This document shows, one piece after another, positions 60,130 to 64,000 of a DNA stretch of 64,000 nucleotides. Source of the stretch: Dehalococcoidia bacterium (lineage in GTDB: Bacteria; Chloroflexota; Dehalococcoidia; Plut-88900); NCBI GenBank assembly GCA_965197645.1, contig OZ240219.1:1472001-1536000 (forward strand). Reading direction: 5' to 3'. A model generated the notes under the pieces. The model was not told the DNA's origin. It was given only the letters and a program-made list of their open reading frames with translations, and did not search any database. Numbering within the stretch: the stretch's first letter is position 1; every line of letters starts with the position of its first letter. Position numbers and translations under genes: made by a program.

Positions 60130-62181
60130 CTAGGGCACGAGCTTGGAGTCTTCAGGAGGGTACCGTGTCAATATCACGCTCCACCACCCCTGTTCTTCAG
60201 ACGGGCCGGAAACATTCAGCAGATAGAAGTCTAGCTTTTCCGTCCACTCCACGAAGAGATAGCCGCTCGCCGAAGTTACTCGCTCGTCTACCAGGAGGCC
60301 GAGGTCGTCACCGGTGGAGCGCTCCAGCAGATTGATCCTGAAGTCCACTGGCTCTGTCGATACGGCCTGCCAGTCTACTCTCCATCTGGAAGGAGCGATG
60401 AAGGGGTCGGTGTAGGCCTGTCCCGACCCTTGGTAGTTTCCGATTATCGAATTGAACGGATTTACCATTGGAAGGGGAGCGTCTATCGAGTCCCGCGGAA
60501 GGGTTACGAGACGCTCCCTTTCCGTTAGGAACCGGGTCGAATAGAGGGCCTCCTTGCAGCTCTCCTCCCCGTTGGGGTGGTAGGAAGCCCAGAAACATTG
60601 AAAGAGCCACTCCAGCTTATCCTTGAGCAGATAGACCTGAAGGGTCCTGTAGTCCAGCTCCGAGAAGAGGACCTCTTGGGACTCGTATCCGGCGAAAGTG
60701 GAGGAACTTCGGTCGTCCAACTCCGCCTCCGGGTTGTCCACGAGGAACTGGTCAACCTGCGGATCTATCAACTGCTCCAAGTTGGCGTCTGAGCCGACAA
60801 ATCGACGATAAACGTAGATGTTGGGGTTTTCACCAAAGCGGCTCGGTTTCCCCACTATGAGGACCAGTGACGTCGAGTAATCATCTCCTCCTACAGCAGC
60901 TGCCGCGGTGGACCTCACCTCTCTGGTTGCGTCCACCCAGTCGGTCGGGATCTCCAGGACGAAGTTGTTGCCCGAGTCGAAGACCTCTCGGGTAACTACG
61001 GGGACCTCTCTCTCGTTAGGTCTGAGGCCGAAGTCCACCCCGGGTATCAGCGGATTGAGGAGCAGTACGGCCAGCCCGCCAACCAGGCCCAAGCCCCACG
61101 TTGCCGTGGCAAAGGCGGCTATCACTCTCTTGGGCATCACCCTTGCCAGCCCCCAGAACGTGATGGGCCCTCCGGCTGCAGCAACGAACAGCAGAGTAAC
61201 GGCTGGGCCCGTCCCCATCCCCACCAGGAGGAGGGCTGCGACAAGGGGTATTTCGAACATCAAGGGTACGTTGATCAAGATCCCCAGCGTGGCGGCTATG
61301 ACTATACCCAACACGTTATCGCCCAGGTAGGTACCGACCGTATCGCGGCTGACCCACTGGATCGCCAGACCGCTGACGAAACCCGCTATCACCATTATCG
61401 GGCCAAGCCGGATCAGGTACTTCAAGCTGGTCTTGATCCAGACTCGGACGCCCTCCGTTAACGCTCGAGTCCAGGGGGCATTCTCTTGATCGACCAGGTC
61501 CGCGGCGGCCAGGTAACTTCCGGGCGCTCCCGCCCGTCGTTGCTTTATGAGGATGGCTACCACAGGCCCTATGAGCAGGCCAGCCATTATACTGAGGACT
61601 ATTCGTGAGCCGGCCAGCATGGGCGTGAAGATCAGAATGGCCATGAGTATCGCCGGGAGGTTCAACGTGGAGGACCCCAACGTGATGGCCAGGGTTGTCT
61701 CTATGCCCGCTCCCTTCCTGCGAAAAGCCGAGGAGACAGGCACAATGCAGGCGGAACAGAGGCTCATGGGGGAGCCAATCAGGAGCCCCTTCAGTGATCC
61801 CTTTATGCCGCTGCCCGTGAACGGTTGCCCATTGTCCTTTGGGAACAGGAATGCCTCGGTTAGGCCGGCGACCAGGAAGGCAAAGGTCATGCCCAGGGCC
61901 ACGAGTTGCAGGTAGGTTATCGAGAACTCCCACCACCTCGAAGCAAGGGAAGTATCGGGGCCGGTCTCGATGCAGAATCCCTGGAAACATTCGATTTCGG
62001 TGGCGCTGATCACCGCGAGGTCATCTTCGACCACATCCAGCTTGTCGATGCGGTTGAATAGCAGGAAGAGGACCAGCAGAGTAGCCAGCAGGACGAGACC
62101 GATCGCCCTCTTCTTTTTCAGGGTAGTATCGAACGTCGGCAGAGCCGCCAGTATGTTCCTGGGGTTGGCTATGGATTGCAT
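60130..62181 (-). CDS. Permease (DUF318/ArsP-like) fused to a C-terminal soluble domain
   Basis: SLCSACIVP, SSTLN, multiple TMs, NVPLMFEIPLV, GTGPAVTLL; followed by about 300 hydrophilic residues. Confidence 0.75.
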   Translation of the reverse strand: MQSIANPRNILAALPTFDTTLKKKRAIGLVLLATLLVLFLLFNRIDKLDVVEDDLAVISATEIECFQGFCIETGPDTSLASRWWEFSITYLQLVALGMTFAFLVAGLTEAFLFPKDNGQPFTGSGIKGSLKGLLIGSPMSLCSACIVPVSSAFRRKGAGIETTLAITLGSSTLNLPAILMAILIFTPMLAGSRIVLSIMAGLLIGPVVAILIKQRRAGAPGSYLAAADLVDQENAPWTRALTEGVRVWIKTSLKYLIRLGPIMVIAGFVSGLAIQWVSRDTVGTYLGDNVLGIVIAATLGILINVPLMFEIPLVAALLLVGMGTGPAVTLLFVAAAGGPITFWGLARVMPKRVIAAFATATWGLGLVGGLAVLLLNPLIPGVDFGLRPNEREVPVVTREVFDSGNNFVLEIPTDWVDATREVRSTAAAAVGGDDYSTSLVLIVGKPSRFGENPNIYVYRRFVGSDANLEQLIDPQVDQFLVDNPEAELDDRSSSTFAGYESQEVLFSELDYRTLQVYLLKDKLEWLFQCFWASYHPNGEESCKEALYSTRFLTERERLVTLPRDSIDAPLPMVNPFNSIIGNYQGSGQAYTDPFIAPSRWRVDWQAVSTEPVDFRINLLERSTGDDLGLLVDERVTSASGYLFVEWTEKLDFYLLNVSGPSEEQGWWSVILTRYPPEDSKLVP

Positions 62182-62325
62182 GGGAAGCCCAACCTTGGTA
62201 ACAAGGATATCCTAACCCAGGCCGCCATATCCGACAACACCAGCGGCCAAGGGAATATCTGGGATGGACGCACTACCGAGAATCGCTCCACGTGCCGTTC
62301 GCCTGACACCGCGGCCCGGCCGGTT

Positions 62326-63084
62326 CTATCGAACGTCTTTCCCACCGTCTATAACGTAAGCGGAGCCGGAAACGAACGCCGAGTCCTCGGAGGCGAGGTA
62401 AAGTATAAGACGGGCGACATCTTCTGGCTGTCCCGCCCTGCCCAGTGGGATGCCGGAGACTATCTCGTCGAAGGTGCCGGCGGCGCCTTCCACGGCCTGA
62501 GAGCCTGGGGTATCGATGAGGCCGGGAACGACACAGTTGGACCGGATGCCCTGGGAGGCGTACTGATTGCTGGTGGTCTTGGTGAGCTGTACCACTCCCG
62601 CCTTGCTGACGGCATAGGGGAACGAGAAAGAGGCGCCCCGCAGGACCACCGACGATGCGACGTTTACTATCGCTCCGCCACCCCGCTGCAGCATATGGGG
62701 TATGGAGTACTTGCAGGCGAGAAAGGTCCCCTTGACGTTGATATCCATAACCAGGTCCCACTCTTCTTCGGTGACGTCAACCAAGGGAGGGGTCGGCACC
62801 TGCCGTCCTGCAGCGTTGATGAGCAGGTCCAGTTGACCGTACCGGTCTACGGTGCGATGGATCATGTTTCGGACCTGGGAGGACTGGGACACGTCGGTGG
62901 GGACGAAGATAGCATCGCCGCCGGCCTCTCCTATCAGGGAAACGGTCTCCTCGCCGCCCTGGACGTTGACATCGGCCACGACGACCTTCGAGCCCTCCTC
63001 GGCGAACAGGAGGGCCGCGCCCCGTCCGATCCCCGAGCTTCCGCCGGTAACAATGCTTACTTTGCCGTCAAGCTTGCCTGTCAT
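62326..63084 (-). CDS. Short-chain dehydrogenase/reductase
   Basis: TGGSSGIG, NAAG, YAVSK, PGLIDT, DGG; start taken as MTGKLDGK. Confidence 0.93.
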   Translation of the reverse strand: MTGKLDGKVSIVTGGSSGIGRGAALLFAEEGSKVVVADVNVQGGEETVSLIGEAGGDAIFVPTDVSQSSQVRNMIHRTVDRYGQLDLLINAAGRQVPTPPLVDVTEEEWDLVMDINVKGTFLACKYSIPHMLQRGGGAIVNVASSVVLRGASFSFPYAVSKAGVVQLTKTTSNQYASQGIRSNCVVPGLIDTPGSQAVEGAAGTFDEIVSGIPLGRAGQPEDVARLILYLASEDSAFVSGSAYVIDGGKDVR

Positions 63085-63124
63085 CTCTTTCACCCGACTA
63101 GAGTCTGGTGTGGAACATCCTTCC

Positions 63125-63230
63125 GACCATCCATCTGACACCCTTTCCCGGCCAAGAAATGGAGAGGAAATAGTATCTGAGGGACACCCTCAGACTCCAG
63201 GCAAAGGGGCTTCGCCCCTCTGCACACCCC
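63125..63230 (-). repeat. MITE/REP-like dispersed element (second copy of the 22927-23060 family)
   Basis: Reverse complement reads GGGGTGTGCAGAGGGGCGAAGCCCCTTT..GAGGGTGTCCCTCAGA..GGATGGTC. Confidence 0.7.
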
Positions 63231-63260
63231 AAATGGCATCAGCCTGCGAGTCCGGGATGT

Positions 63261-64000
63261 TTAGCGGCCCTCCTTTATGAAATCTGCGACCCGTTCCGCT
63301 GTGGCCAGTACGGTGGCGTTGAGGTTGGCCCTCACGCAATGGGGCATCGTCGAGGCGTCTACGACTCGTAAACCCTCCGTGCCGAACACCTTGCCGTACT
63401 GGTCGACGACAGCCAGGGGATCGGAGGAAGGGCCCATCTTGCAGGTGCCGCAGATATGGTGGGCGGTCCTCACCTCCTGCTTGACCCAGAGATCGAGGGC
63501 GTCGTCGGATGCCAGGATCTCGTCCGAGGGGGCCAGCCGTTCCTCGACCATATCGTCGAAGACAGGGTGCTTGAACAGGTCGGCACAAAGCCTTATCCCC
63601 TCGCGGTACCTGGAGCGGTCCAGGGGGTCCTCCATGTAGTTGTAGTCCAGGTAGGGCGGTTGCCGCGGGTCAGTGGACTGAATCCGTAGCTCGCCGCTGC
63701 TGAGGCTGAGATACGTGCAAACATACACGCTTATGCCGTGGTCCATGCTTTCGTCCATGCCTCTGCCGGGCGCCTCGGCGAGACGGTTGTTCATATACAC
63801 GATCATATCGTTCTCGTAGGGAGACCCGGTGGCAGTGTAGCGAAGGGTAACGGCGCCGCCCGCAACCCGCTCCTCGTTTACCGGGTAGGAATCCTTCGTG
63901 CTCCAACCGATGTCAATGGAGGTGTGGTCCCGAAGGTTGAGTCCCACTCCGGGCAGGTCCTGGACCACCGGAATCCCCAGGCGGGTCAGCTGCTCGGCGG
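63261..64000 (-). CDS. GMC oxidoreductase (choline dehydrogenase/MftG-like), C-terminal part
   Basis: DLPGVGLNLRDH, HICGTCKMG, AVVD..GKVFGTEGLRVVDAS, ANLNATVLATAERVAD; runs off the window. Confidence 0.9.
   Translation of the reverse strand, partial: AEQLTRLGIPVVQDLPGVGLNLRDHTSIDIGWSTKDSYPVNEERVAGGAVTLRYTATGSPYENDMIVYMNNRLAEAPGRGMDESMDHGISVYVCTYLSLSSGELRIQSTDPRQPPYLDYNYMEDPLDRSRYREGIRLCADLFKHPVFDDMVEERLAPSDEILASDDALDLWVKQEVRTAHHICGTCKMGPSSDPLAVVDQYGKVFGTEGLRVVDASTMPHCVRANLNATVLATAERVADFIKEGR

Noticed and set aside
342-63138. Many long antisense or alternate-frame ORFs (for example 342..1265, 12260..13255, 30809..32107, 50704..51819, 62176..63138)
   Set aside because: They are shadows of well-supported genes, expected from high-GC codon bias, and have no recognisable motifs.

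Overview
A roughly 60% GC bacterial chromosome segment. Gene content suggests Chloroflexota, probably Dehalococcoidia/SAR202-like (F420-type LLM oxidoreductase, family-5 lipoprotein SBP paralogs, sortase-type anchor, SWIM microprotein); this taxonomy is inference. Housekeeping genes: dnaE, folC, fabF, pyrG, rho, rpiB, tal, hrcA-grpE-dnaJ-prmA (no dnaK), plsY, der, argF and tRNA-Leu(UAA). Accessory content: two MoxR/DUF58/membrane-protein operons, a large acidic S-layer-like protein, a beta-propeller/diheme cytochrome lipoprotein, three tandem stand-alone ABC substrate-binding lipoproteins, and dispersed palindromic repeats. Two things stand out. (1) A DUF1989 (CgdA/B, urea-carboxylase-associated) gene has an in-frame TGA exactly at a conserved Cys position, followed by a bacterial SECIS-like hairpin, making it a candidate selenoprotein. 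(2) Six tandem ureohydrolase paralogs sort into three with an intact D-x-H-x-D metal motif and three with the same S-S-Q/R-L-D substitution, resembling multiple MfmAB-like catalytic/non-catalytic heteromeric guanidino hydrolases. No CRISPR array, rRNA, transposase or integrase was seen. All calls are by motif recognition only; no searches were run.
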